Below are positions 13,489 to 21,811 of a stretch of DNA of 32,000 bases, in pieces. The first letter of the stretch is position 1. The number at the start of each line of letters is the position of its first letter. Both the position numbers and the translations under genes were made by a program. The stretch is from Ferroglobus placidus DSM 10642. GTDB taxonomy: Archaea > Halobacteriota > Archaeoglobi > Archaeoglobales > Archaeoglobaceae. The notes below the pieces were generated by a model. That model was not told where the DNA came from. It made no database searches and saw only the letters and a list, made by a program, of their open reading frames with translations. The stretch spans positions 1,740,001 through 1,772,000 of the forward strand of contig NC_013849.1 of NCBI RefSeq assembly GCF_000025505.1, read 5' to 3'.

Positions 13489-13725
13489 TTACGGCGCTCT
13501 GAAAAATAGCCCTTCATCCGCATCGAGTATCAACCCGTCGAGAAAAGCTTTAGCGTCTTCGTCTAAAACGAACAGTATCCCATCGATCTCCTCTCCTTCC
13601 TCATCAATCTTCTCTTTGAACACTTCGATTTTAGCGTAGATGGAGCACGTCCAAACTAAGCTGATTTTAACTGCCTTGATACCGTTCTCCTTCAGGTACT
13701 CCAACGCTTTCCTCGTCACTTCCAT
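13489..13725 (-). CDS. Small hypothetical protein, weak resemblance to HesB/IscA-type fold
   Basis: 78 aa ORF ending DGLILDADEGLFFRAP; only one Cys. Confidence 0.4.
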   Translation of the reverse strand: MEVTRKALEYLKENGIKAVKISLVWTCSIYAKIEVFKEKIDEEGEEIDGILFVLDEDAKAFLDGLILDADEGLFFRAP

Positions 13726-13818
13726 TCTTCAGCCCCTATAACTATTAGCTCCAACCAAAAATAACCTTTATCTTGCGAAAATGGAAATCGTTTTAACTTT
13801 CCACGACTCTTTTTCTCT

Positions 13819-14580
13819 ATGAACGTCTGCGTTAACGGAGCGGCTGGGAGAATGGGTAGGCTCGTTGTAAAAAATGCAGTCGAGGCTAACCATAAAGTCG
13901 TTCAGGCTTTTGACGTTAGAGAAATTGGTAAAGATGCCGGAGAGCTTGCCGGAGTTGGGAAGATAGGCACGTTAATTCAGGAAATGAGCGATTTAAACTG
14001 CGACGTCGCAATAGACTTTTCCGTTCCGGAAGCCACCATAAAGCTCGTTGAGCTTGCTTTGAAATCCAACACTAAGCTCGTGATAGGAACAACCGGATTT
14101 AACGATGAGCAGAAAAGAGTGATTGAAGAGGCAAGCAAGAAAATTCCGATAGTAATGAGTCCCAACTTTAGCGTTGGCGTGAACGTTTTCTGGAAAATTA
14201 TAGAGGAGGCTTCAAAACTGCTTAGAGATTACGATGTGGAGATATTGGAGATTCACCACCGCTTTAAGAGAGATGCGCCGAGCGGAACCGCTTTAAAAGC
14301 TGCGGAAATCGTGAAGAATGAGATTGGTGTTGAGAAACTCGTTTTCGGAAGAAGCGGAGAGTGCTTGAGGGGAGACGAAATCGGAGTCATGGCGATTAGA
14401 GGAGGAGACGTCGTTGGAGAACACTATGTCATGTTCATAGGATTTGGTGAAAGAATAGAGATCAATCACAAAGCTTGGAGCAGGGAAATCTTTGCGAGAG
14501 GAGCGATAAAAGCTGCTGAATGGGTAATGAATGTTGACAAACCCGGACTTTACGGGATGAGGGACGTTTTGGGGGTTTGA
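13819..14580 (+). CDS. dapB: 4-hydroxy-tetrahydrodipicolinate reductase
   Basis: VCVNGAAGRMGRLV, VIGTTGFNDEQK, HHRFKRDAPSGTALKAAE. Confidence 0.95.
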   Translation: MNVCVNGAAGRMGRLVVKNAVEANHKVVQAFDVREIGKDAGELAGVGKIGTLIQEMSDLNCDVAIDFSVPEATIKLVELALKSNTKLVIGTTGFNDEQKRVIEEASKKIPIVMSPNFSVGVNVFWKIIEEASKLLRDYDVEILEIHHRFKRDAPSGTALKAAEIVKNEIGVEKLVFGRSGECLRGDEIGVMAIRGGDVVGEHYVMFIGFGERIEINHKAWSREIFARGAIKAAEWVMNVDKPGLYGMRDVLGV

Positions 14581-15401
14581 AGATGGTGAGTAGAGAGGAT
14601 GTTGTAGAAGCTGTAAAAAAGATTCTTCTTGAGGCTGAGACGAAGCTAAGCGATGATGTTGTCGAAGCTATAAAAAGAGCTTACGATGAGGAGGAAGGTT
14701 ACGCAAAAGAAATTCTGAAAGCGATTCTTGAGAATGTCGAGTACTCTTCGAAGAATAAAATTCCCATGTGCCAAGACACCGGCATTCCCGTGTTTTTCGT
14801 CGAGCTCGGAAGAGAGCTATGCTTGGACTTCAACCTTTATGATGCTATCAGGGAGGGAGTTGTAAAAGCAACTAAGGAAATCCCACTGAGACCTAACGCG
14901 GTGCATCCGATTACGAGGAAGAATTCTGGAGATAACACCGGAATGCACATGCCGCTTATAAGCGTTGACATCGTCGAAGGGGATAGGATGAAAATAGCCG
15001 TGATGCCGAAAGGAGCTGGAAGCGAGAATGTATCAGCTCTTAAGATGCTTTTACCGAGTCAGGTAAACGAGATAAAGAAATTCGTTGTCGAGGTTGTTAA
15101 AAATGCCGGTGGAAAGCCTTGTCCACCGATTTTCATTGGAGTTGGAATTGGTTCAACCTTCGACGGAGCTGCGAAACTTGCTAAAAAAGCGCTTCTTAGA
15201 AATGTTAATGAGATGAACGAATTTGAGCTGGAGATACTCAATGCCGTCAACGAGCTCGGAATAGGGGCTGGTGGGCTCGGAGGAAAGTATACAGCTTTAG
15301 CCGTCCTCGTTGAAATGGGTCACTGCCACACCGCTTCTTTGCCTGTGGCGGTTAACGTTCAGTGCTGGGCTAACAGAAGAGCTTGGATTGAGTTGAGGTG
15401 A
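14577..15401 (+). CDS. Fumarate hydratase, alpha subunit (class I two-subunit)
   Basis: [45 protein letters not shown]. Confidence 0.92.
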   Translation: MKMVSREDVVEAVKKILLEAETKLSDDVVEAIKRAYDEEEGYAKEILKAILENVEYSSKNKIPMCQDTGIPVFFVELGRELCLDFNLYDAIREGVVKATKEIPLRPNAVHPITRKNSGDNTGMHMPLISVDIVEGDRMKIAVMPKGAGSENVSALKMLLPSQVNEIKKFVVEVVKNAGGKPCPPIFIGVGIGSTFDGAAKLAKKALLRNVNEMNEFELEILNAVNELGIGAGGLGGKYTALAVLVEMGHCHTASLPVAVNVQCWANRRAWIELR

Positions 15402-15405
15402 TAGT

Positions 15406-15984
15406 ATGCTGCTGCGAACACCTTTAAGGGAGGAGGATTTGCTAAAGCTTGAGGTGGGAGAAGCTGTTTACATTTCCGGAGAAATAATAACTGCAAGAGA
15501 CGCGGCACACGTGAGAATTCTCGAGTTTTTTGAAAGAGGAGAGAAGCTACCTTTTGAGCTGAACCGCTCGGTCGTTTACCACTGCGGACCGATAATAAAA
15601 AAGAATCACGAGTTCAAAGTCATCTCAGCAGGTCCGACAACTTCTGCGAGAATGAACCCCATGACTCCGAAAATTCTCGAAAAAGTGGACTGCTTGGCTA
15701 TAGTTGGAAAAGGCGGAATGAGTGACGAAGTAATCGAAGCTTTAAAGGGGAAGGGAGTTTACCTCGCTTATCCGGGTGGAGCGGGAGCTTTGGCAGCGAA
15801 AGCAATAAAGAGGGTGAAAGCGGTTTACTGGGAAGATCTTGGAATGCCGGAGGCAGTGTGGGTTTTCGAGGTCGAAAACTTCGGACCGTGCATAGTCGGA
15901 ATTGACGCTAAAGGAAACAGCATATACAAAAAAGTTGAGAAAGCCGTCGAAGAGAACTTCAGAAAAATTATATCTCAGCTATGA
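15406..15984 (+). CDS. Fumarate hydratase, beta subunit
   Basis: [64 protein letters not shown]. Confidence 0.92.
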   Translation: MLLRTPLREEDLLKLEVGEAVYISGEIITARDAAHVRILEFFERGEKLPFELNRSVVYHCGPIIKKNHEFKVISAGPTTSARMNPMTPKILEKVDCLAIVGKGGMSDEVIEALKGKGVYLAYPGGAGALAAKAIKRVKAVYWEDLGMPEAVWVFEVENFGPCIVGIDAKGNSIYKKVEKAVEENFRKIISQL

Positions 15985-16781
15985 GTCCGTCTATCATTCC
16001 TTTCACGTCTACTGGCGAAGCTCTCTTCCAGAAGTAGTAAAAGACGCTCTCGCACCAGTCGACAACTTCCTTGTTTTCGCTTCGAAACATCGGTGAGTAC
16101 GTGTGGTAGTATTGGAAGTAGACGAGTTTACCGTCGAGAACTCCGAGTAATAAAGGCGTGTCGTAAACTCTGATTTCTATCTTATCCCTAACTATTTTCA
16201 GTTCTTTTTTACTCAAGTCCATGTCGATCAGTACTTGCCTTATCGTTTCGAGTCTGTCTTTTAAAGTGTCTCTGCTCGAAATAACCTTCTCGGAAGCTCC
16301 CTGAAGGTTTAAATTCACCATTAACTTGTATATGTCGTAGTTAATTATTCTGTCAATGTACAATCCGTACTCCCTCACTTTAGAAAAGGTCTTCGAGACC
16401 CTTCATTACTCCATCTAAGAACTCGAATTTTTCTGAAAATCTGAGCACGAGAGGAAATCCGTGCTTTAAGTACGGAGGAAGCATTTTTAAGAATTCTTCC
16501 GCTTTTTTTATCTCTTCTTCGAACTCGAAAGATTCGAGAAGGTTTTCGAAAGTCGTGAGGATCAGATCTCCGTAGGAGCTGATCTCGTAAACTTCTCCTC
16601 GCTTTCTGATCATCTCAAGCTTTTCCAGTCTGCTTAACGCTCTCGAAACTGTAGACTTCGGTGCTTTTAACTCTTCTACAATTTCAGAAAACTTGCACTT
16701 CTTTTTAGACAGCAGTTCGAGAATCTGATACCTCCACGGGTTGAGACACTCTTTTATCAGTTCAAAGCATTTCTCCCTCAC
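15968..16781 (-). pseudogene. FilR1/DUF1724-type HTH regulator split by a frameshift
   Basis: 16380-16781 gives the wHTH half (FSEIVEELKAPKSTVSRALSRLEKLEMI); 15968-16378 gives the C-terminal domain (IEIRVYDTPLLLGVLDGKLVYFQYY) in the adjacent frame. Skipping one nt near 16384-16389 joins them. Confidence 0.6.
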
Positions 16782-17131
16782 ATCGACATCTCTTACGCTC
16801 TAAATTTATAAAATTTTTTTAAAAGACTAACTGAGTAATCGAATAGTTAAAGTTTCGGCGATAATTTTTGCGATAGCGCCTACCTCAAATTTGCTCTGAA
16901 TTTCACGAGATTACACATAAACGATTGTTTATATGTCGCTTTAAAGTTGTTTGCGGTTGAAGTTCTTGGTATAAAATTCGATCTCGCTGTAGTTAAGTTG
17001 ACAACTACATCCTGAGCGTAAACTTTTTATGCCACTTTGTCACTTTGATACACAATTACAAAGAGGTGGTAAAAATGGATGAAAAAGAGAAGCTGAAGGA
17101 TCCGAAGATCTTCGCTCCAACGTAACGGAGC

Positions 17132-17350
17132 TCAGCTAACTTCCCCTCCGAACTTATAACCAATTTTTTCAATCTTTTCAGCTATTTTATCGACGTTTAC
17201 AAGTTCGTCGTCAAATTTAACTCTCGCAACTCCCTCCTCTAACTTCACTTCAACCTCTTTGACCCCTTCTAACGACCTCAATGCGTTTTCAACAGCTTTT
17301 GCGCAGCCAGCGCAACTCATACCTTCAACCCTTACAATTTTTTCAACTAT
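17132..17350 (-). CDS. Heavy-metal-associated (HMA/CopZ-like) small protein
   Basis: VEGMSCAGCAKAVENALRSLEGVKEVEVKLEEGVARVKFD is the canonical MxCxxC fold; internal ATG at 17350 preferred over 17398. Confidence 0.88.
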   Translation of the reverse strand: MVEKIVRVEGMSCAGCAKAVENALRSLEGVKEVEVKLEEGVARVKFDDELVNVDKIAEKIEKIGYKFGGEVS

Positions 17351-17432
17351 CATATCCCAGTCTTTTCCTTCCGACGAGAAATACTTCACCGCTAACAAAT
17401 TGTTAAACCGGTAGTGTTTTCTTTAGAAACTA

Positions 17433-18089
17433 ATGCTTTCTTCCATGGAAGTGGACGTCGTTAAATTTAAAAGGCCTAAAAAGCACAACGCGCTCGATTT
17501 AGAGCATTTGAAAGAAATCTACGAGGATTTCGAGTCTTGCAAGAATGCGGTGGTGATTTACGGAGAGCCGAGCTTTTGCTCAGGCATAGATCTCGATTAC
17601 TTCAGAGAAGCTGAAGAGGATGAAATTGTAGAATTTGCGGAACTCGCCAACTCGCTGATTTTGAAAATCTGCTCCCATCCGAAGCCGGTTGTTGCGTTCG
17701 TAAAGGGGTATGCGATTGGGGCTGGGTTCAGCATAGCTTTAGCCTGCGATTCGATAATCGCTGACGAGAATGCAGTATTTTCAACGGGTTTTGCAAAACT
17801 TGGAATCGCTCCAGACATGGGCGTTTCATACTTGCTACCGAGAGTTGTTGGATTAAAAAAAGCGCTTTACCTCCTCATGAGTGCGGAGAGGATTACAGCG
17901 GAGAAAGCTTACGAGTTGGGGATTGTTCAAAGTTTTGGAGAGCTTGAGGATGCTATCAAGGTTGCAAGAGAGCTCAACGGAAATTCGGTTAAGTACATTA
18001 AAGAACTCGTTTATTCTGGACTGAAAGAGCACATAGAAAAGGAAAAAACTCTTGCGTTAAAGTCGATTGGGGAGATTAGAGGGAAATGA
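17433..18089 (+). CDS. Enoyl-CoA hydratase/isomerase family protein
   Basis: KHNALDLEHLKEIYEDF, KPVVAFVKGYAIGAGFSIALACDSIIA, GIAPDMGVSYLLPR. Confidence 0.85.
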   Translation: MLSSMEVDVVKFKRPKKHNALDLEHLKEIYEDFESCKNAVVIYGEPSFCSGIDLDYFREAEEDEIVEFAELANSLILKICSHPKPVVAFVKGYAIGAGFSIALACDSIIADENAVFSTGFAKLGIAPDMGVSYLLPRVVGLKKALYLLMSAERITAEKAYELGIVQSFGELEDAIKVARELNGNSVKYIKELVYSGLKEHIEKEKTLALKSIGEIRGK

Positions 18090-18120
18090 TTGATTAACGC
18101 TTTAAAATAAAGGATAAAGG

Positions 18121-18504
18121 TTAGTCATAGTCGCAGGAAACGACGGGAATGCTCACTTCGATCTCATCGTAGGGAACGACAGGAACCTTTCTTCTCCTCT
18201 TACCTTTTTTCTCTTCCACGAATTTGACGAGTCCGAGCATTTCGAGAATTTCCAGATCCTTGATCACGTTCCTCCTGTTCCTCCCCAACAACTTAGCCAG
18301 TTCGTAAACGCTTTTCGGATTCTTCTCTTTTATCACGTGCAGAATCTTCAACCTTTCCGGAGTCAGAATTTTTCTGAGCGCTTCGTAACTCTCGAAAACG
18401 ATTCTCTCGAACTCCACATCCTCTCCTTCATCGATTCTCCTCGCTACCTCCAAAAGTTCCTCCCTACTATCTCTCCTCCCGATCTCAATCCTCAACTTTA
18501 CCAT
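18121..18504 (-). CDS. HTH regulator, likely antitoxin-like partner of the DUF6516-like gene
   Basis: MVKLRIEIGRRDSREELLEVARRIDEGEDVEFERIVFESYEALRKILTPERLKILHVIKEKNPKSVYELAKLLGRNRRNVIKDLEILEMLGLVKFVE; ATG at 18504 overlaps the end of the upstream reading frame. Confidence 0.7.
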   Translation of the reverse strand: MVKLRIEIGRRDSREELLEVARRIDEGEDVEFERIVFESYEALRKILTPERLKILHVIKEKNPKSVYELAKLLGRNRRNVIKDLEILEMLGLVKFVEEKKGKRRRKVPVVPYDEIEVSIPVVSCDYD

Positions 18505-18795
18505 ACAGCACCTCCTCCACGATTTTAACATCCTCGAAGAACCTCTCAATCAGCTTTTCGACGCTTTCAAACTCTATTCCCTCCTCTTTATCGAAGAAGT
18601 GTCTGTGGTGTCCTTATCCCCTTTCGTTGTCGTAGCCGAGAACTCTCCTGTAGCTTTCGCCTTCAACGTGAACGTAAGCCATCGAGTACTTCACACCTCG
18701 GGAAAATCCTCGGACTTCGGAACCCTTCAAATATTGATCCGAATAATGTCCCCATGATCGTTGACCTCCTTGTAATCCACGAGCAATTTTGCCAT
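18485..18795 (-). pseudogene. DUF6516-like toxin-family gene with two stops and one frameshift
   Basis: Reconstructed product MAKLLVDYKEVNDHGDIIRINI-(*)-RVPKSEDFPE-(fs)-GVKYSMAYVHVEGESYRRVLGYDNERG-(*)-GHHRHFFDKEEGIEFESVEKLIERFFEDVKIVEEVLYGKVED. Confidence 0.65.
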
Positions 18796-18853
18796 TCAAT
18801 ATGTGTTATGTAAGCACACATATTTAAAGCTATCGAGTTTAGGCAGCTCCCCC

Positions 18854-18892
18854 TCGTTATCACCTTAGAACTCGCTAAGGTTTTGGTGCAAA
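18854..18892 (+). repeat. 39-bp perfect direct repeat, copy 1
   Basis: tcgttatcaccttagaactcgctaaggttttggtgcaaa, identical to 20196-20234. Confidence 0.95.
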
Positions 18893-18925
18893 CCTTTTTA
18901 TTCTTAAAAAAGGGTAAGAGAGGAT

Positions 18926-19930
18926 TTGTGGAGGAAATTGAAGCAAATTGCTGAATCTCTGAACGCCAACATTTCAGATCTACTCGAAACGAAGATTATC
19001 GAGCTAATAGCAGTTTACGAATCGTTTTTGGGAACGGGCCGGGAGGGATTTGAACCCCCGACCGCGGGATTAAGAGTCCGTCAGAGCTTCGTTTCCTTTG
19101 ACCTCCGTGAATTTTACTCCAAACACGAATCGGAGTTCAGAGAATGGCTCTACGGTAGAATGTCCAAGAAATCCGCTGATCAGTATTTGAGCGCCATAAA
19201 AAGGTATTTACCTCACGGAGTTAGCGAACCGAAAGACCTCGACCGTTTAGTGACGAAAACCAAGTACCTCCCCTTAGGAATAAGGAATTTCTTAAACTTC
19301 CTCGAAGATCAGTACTACATGGACAACCTTGGGGGATTCAGCTTCGCCATATGGAGGAAGCACTTACCGACGAAAACCGGAAACAAGAAAGGAGAAAAGA
19401 TCTTCTTGACCGATAAGGACGTCGTGAAATGCTTTAAGCTGATAAAAGAAAAGTGGAACGACGAAGTAACGATAAACCTCTACAAACTCCTCGTATTCTC
19501 GGGGATAAGACTTGAACATGCTTACAGACTCCTCGAAAGCTTCGATAAACGAAAACTGATAATAGAGGGTAAAGTAGCCATGTATCCGATCGAGGAAATT
19601 ACGAAAGGACATAAGAAGGGTTACTTTGCTTTCCTACCGGCGGAATTTGCCAGAAAGTTGGAAAAATATGACATGATGAAACTCGCAGCCTACAAAAGCA
19701 GATTAACTCCTAAACAATGGAAGCCACCGGTTGACAGTCCGGTTTCCCCGATTAGAATTAGAGCGTGGTTCCAGAACTTCGCCATCGAGCATGGAGTGAA
19801 GACCGAAGCTCTTCGCTTCATTGTCGGACATTCCCCGGCAACCGTCGGAGAAGCTCACTACTACAACCTCAAGAAGATCGCTAAGGAGGAGTACAAGAAG
19901 ATCGTGGACAAGTTCCCAATACCACCTTGA
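18926..19930 (+). CDS. SSV/pNOB8-type tyrosine integrase: int(C) of the element fused across the att site to a foreign int(N)-like remnant
   Basis: LLVFSGIRLEHAYRLLES (Arg box) and ALRFIVGHSPATVGEAHYYNL (GH...Y region); the 49-bp att encodes GTGREGFEPPTAGLRV in frame. Confidence 0.85.
   Translation: MWRKLKQIAESLNANISDLLETKIIELIAVYESFLGTGREGFEPPTAGLRVRQSFVSFDLREFYSKHESEFREWLYGRMSKKSADQYLSAIKRYLPHGVSEPKDLDRLVTKTKYLPLGIRNFLNFLEDQYYMDNLGGFSFAIWRKHLPTKTGNKKGEKIFLTDKDVVKCFKLIKEKWNDEVTINLYKLLVFSGIRLEHAYRLLESFDKRKLIIEGKVAMYPIEEITKGHKKGYFAFLPAEFARKLEKYDMMKLAAYKSRLTPKQWKPPVDSPVSPIRIRAWFQNFAIEHGVKTEALRFIVGHSPATVGEAHYYNLKKIAKEEYKKIVDKFPIPP
19031..19079 (+). repeat. Left attachment site (att), tRNA-Lys 3' fragment
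   Basis: ggaacgggccgggagggatttgaacccccgaccgcgggattaagagtcc, identical to 27663-27711. Confidence 0.93.
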
Positions 19931-20086
19931 GATTCAAGCTTCCGTTCATTCCTCACAACCAAGAGTTTGAGCTTATTGATCTGTTGATATACGAGGCTAA
20001 GAGGTGGTGGACATATGCAAGCTTCATCACAGTCTTTTTGAGGTCCAATGGCAGTTCCTACGATGAAAACGGTATACCGCAAAACA

Positions 20087-20100
20087 AGGACTCGAGTCCT
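20087..20100. repeat. 14-bp perfect palindrome flanked by GGTATAC/GTATACC boxes
   Basis: aggactcgagtcct with GGTATAC at 20071-20077 and GTATACC at 20111-20117. Confidence 0.8.
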
Positions 20101-20195
20101 GAGACAAACAGTATACCATTTCTTCCACCAAATCTCAACGAGAAAACCAGAGGAAAACACGCGAACTGCCCTACCTTTTTCCCTTTGTTACCCCT

Positions 20196-20234
20196 TCGTT
20201 ATCACCTTAGAACTCGCTAAGGTTTTGGTGCAAA
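20196..20234 (+). repeat. 39-bp perfect direct repeat, copy 2
   Basis: Identical to 18854-18892; contains CCTTAG-N6-CTAAGG. Confidence 0.95.
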
Positions 20235-20538
20235 ACTCGACTCTGATCAATATCGATAAACGTGCATGTTGAAAAATATAGATAAATCCATACATATATG
20301 CCGAGAGTCGGAACTAATCTACGAAAATATAATAATAGGCTTAAATATTTTGCAAATTGGCATAAAGGCTCGAATCGGTAAAGCTTTTAACGTTCAGGCT
20401 ATAATAAGCTATTGAACATAAAAGCTATTGAATAAAAATTATAAAATTCTTTTTATATTATTCAACTCTGCGATAAATTTTTAAGAATCTGGCTCTAATG
20501 TTTAATGATCTTGTGTTTGGCAAGGAGGTGAGAACCGG

Positions 20539-20799
20539 GTGTTCGGTAGGTTGAAGCTTGCCTGGAGAATATACAAAGCTTACATGCAGTTCGTCAAGGA
20601 GACCAAGGGTGAAATGACGCTCGTGGACTGGATCAAAGGAGTCATCATACTTTCGGTGCTCGGAGTCGGTGTCGGCTTGCCGATCGTGATAAAGACGATT
20701 CAGAGCGTGAACATCACAGACCCAACGACGTCGCTCGTCGTGAACTTCATTCCAGCTATCGTTGCCGTGGCTTTGCTTCTCGGCTACCTCGGGAGATAG
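20539..20799 (+). CDS. Small two-TM membrane protein, candidate virion/coat-like protein
   Basis: GTG start with strong Shine-Dalgarno (aaggaggtg); DWIKGVIILSVLGVGVGLPIVIKTIQSV-NITDPTTS-LVVNFIPAIVAVALLLGYLGR gives two hydrophobic segments with a short loop. Confidence 0.65.
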   Translation: MFGRLKLAWRIYKAYMQFVKETKGEMTLVDWIKGVIILSVLGVGVGLPIVIKTIQSVNITDPTTSLVVNFIPAIVAVALLLGYLGR

Positions 20800-20957
20800 A
20801 AAAAGCGGCGATTGCAGAGGGCTTGAAGCTTTAACTTCTTTTCTCTTTTTTGTGCCGGTTGATAATATATTAAATTGAGGAAATATTCTGCAGATCTGCC
20901 TATCAATTCAATAAAAATATTAAAAACCTCGAAGTATTATGCGATTTTGCAACTTTG

Positions 20958-21200
20958 TCAAACCACCTCTCTCTCTTTCTCCCTCTTCCTTAGATGCCGT
21001 CCGTTGAATTTAGCTTCGATCAGATTCAAGAGCTTCTCCACAGCCTCGATAACCTTTTCCGGCTCTTCGCCGTCGAATCTTACGGAGATCTCTACTCCTC
21101 CACCATCCTCATTAATTCCGGCTTTGAGAACGACTTCCCGAACTGGATAATCCTCCTGAACAATCTCCTCAGCTTCTTCACCGGTTTCCTCCCTCCTCAT
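20958..21200 (-). CDS. Small acidic element protein, unknown
   Basis: 80 aa, overlaps next gene by 4 bp in the same operon direction. Confidence 0.5.
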   Translation of the reverse strand: MRREETGEEAEEIVQEDYPVREVVLKAGINEDGGGVEISVRFDGEEPEKVIEAVEKLLNLIEAKFNGRHLRKREKEREVV

Positions 21201-21436
21201 AGATATCCCCTCCTCCTTAGAAACTCCTCAAGAGCTAAGTTGATAGCGTCGGAGAGCTTCAAGCCGTTTCTTTTGATCGCATTCACAAGCTCTCTTTCAA
21301 TCCTCACCGTAGTTTTTACTCTGTCTTTTTTCTCCAGCTTGAGGAGTCTTTTTTTAGTTATCATGCTTGAGCTTCTTTCAACCTCCTCATAACCGTCCAC
21401 TTTGAAACTTCGTAACCTAACTGGGTGAGCTTCCAC
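21197..21436 (-). CDS. Ribbon-helix-helix-like protein
   Basis: DRVKTTVRIERELVNAIKRNGLKLSDAINLALEEFLRRRG. Confidence 0.55.
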   Translation of the reverse strand: MEAHPVRLRSFKVDGYEEVERSSSMITKKRLLKLEKKDRVKTTVRIERELVNAIKRNGLKLSDAINLALEEFLRRRGYL

Positions 21437-21555
21437 GCTATCATCTCGTAACTGTAACCTTTAGCTCTCAACTCCTTAGCTAAGGAGATGGGGAAAGTTT
21501 TCGGCTTCCTTCCTCCTCTCTTGGTTAGAAGAATCTCAGCTTTCATTTTCACCAC
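21361..21555 (-). CDS. Small HTH protein
   Basis: GRKPKTFPISLAKELRAKGYSYEMIAWKLTQLGYEVSKWTVMRRLKEA, resolvase-like HTH; overlaps the neighbouring ORF by 76 bp. Confidence 0.5.
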   Translation of the reverse strand: MVKMKAEILLTKRGGRKPKTFPISLAKELRAKGYSYEMIAWKLTQLGYEVSKWTVMRRLKEAQA

Positions 21556-21566
21556 CTCTAAAAAAA

Positions 21567-21794
21567 TTAGGGAGAAGAGGTTTCCTCTATTTCTTTGAGC
21601 TTCTTGTTAAACTCTTCAACTCTGGGAATGAACGCTTTTAAGCTTTTCAAATAGTCTAAGTCACTTTTCACGTTCTCTATGATGCACTCCTCTAGATATT
21701 CGGTAAAGTCTTTCCCTGCCCATTCGCAAAACTCTTTTACCAACTCGTACAGCTCTTTCGGAATTTCCAGCTCCACCTTCACCCTTTCTTCCAT
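21567..21794 (-). CDS. Ribbon-helix-helix-like protein
   Basis: RVKVELEIPKELYELVKEFCEWAGKDFTEYLEECIIENV. Confidence 0.55.
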   Translation of the reverse strand: MEERVKVELEIPKELYELVKEFCEWAGKDFTEYLEECIIENVKSDLDYLKSLKAFIPRVEEFNKKLKEIEETSSP

Positions 21795-21811
21795 ACTACC
21801 ACCCCAAAGAA

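Noticed and set aside
18614-18799. Independent 61-aa protein MNGKIARGLQGG...
   Set aside because: Its first half is out of frame with the family; the better interpretation is the middle part of a frameshifted DUF6516-like pseudogene.
19031-19079. A second functional tRNA-Lys at the left att
   Set aside because: Only the 3' half is present (no D-arm or 5' acceptor strand); it is a duplicated fragment.
19861-20272. ORFs 19861-20160 (-), 19927-20220 (+) and 20048-20272 (+)
   Set aside because: Mutually overlapping, no recognisable domains, and covering palindrome and repeat structure; not supported enough to call as genes.
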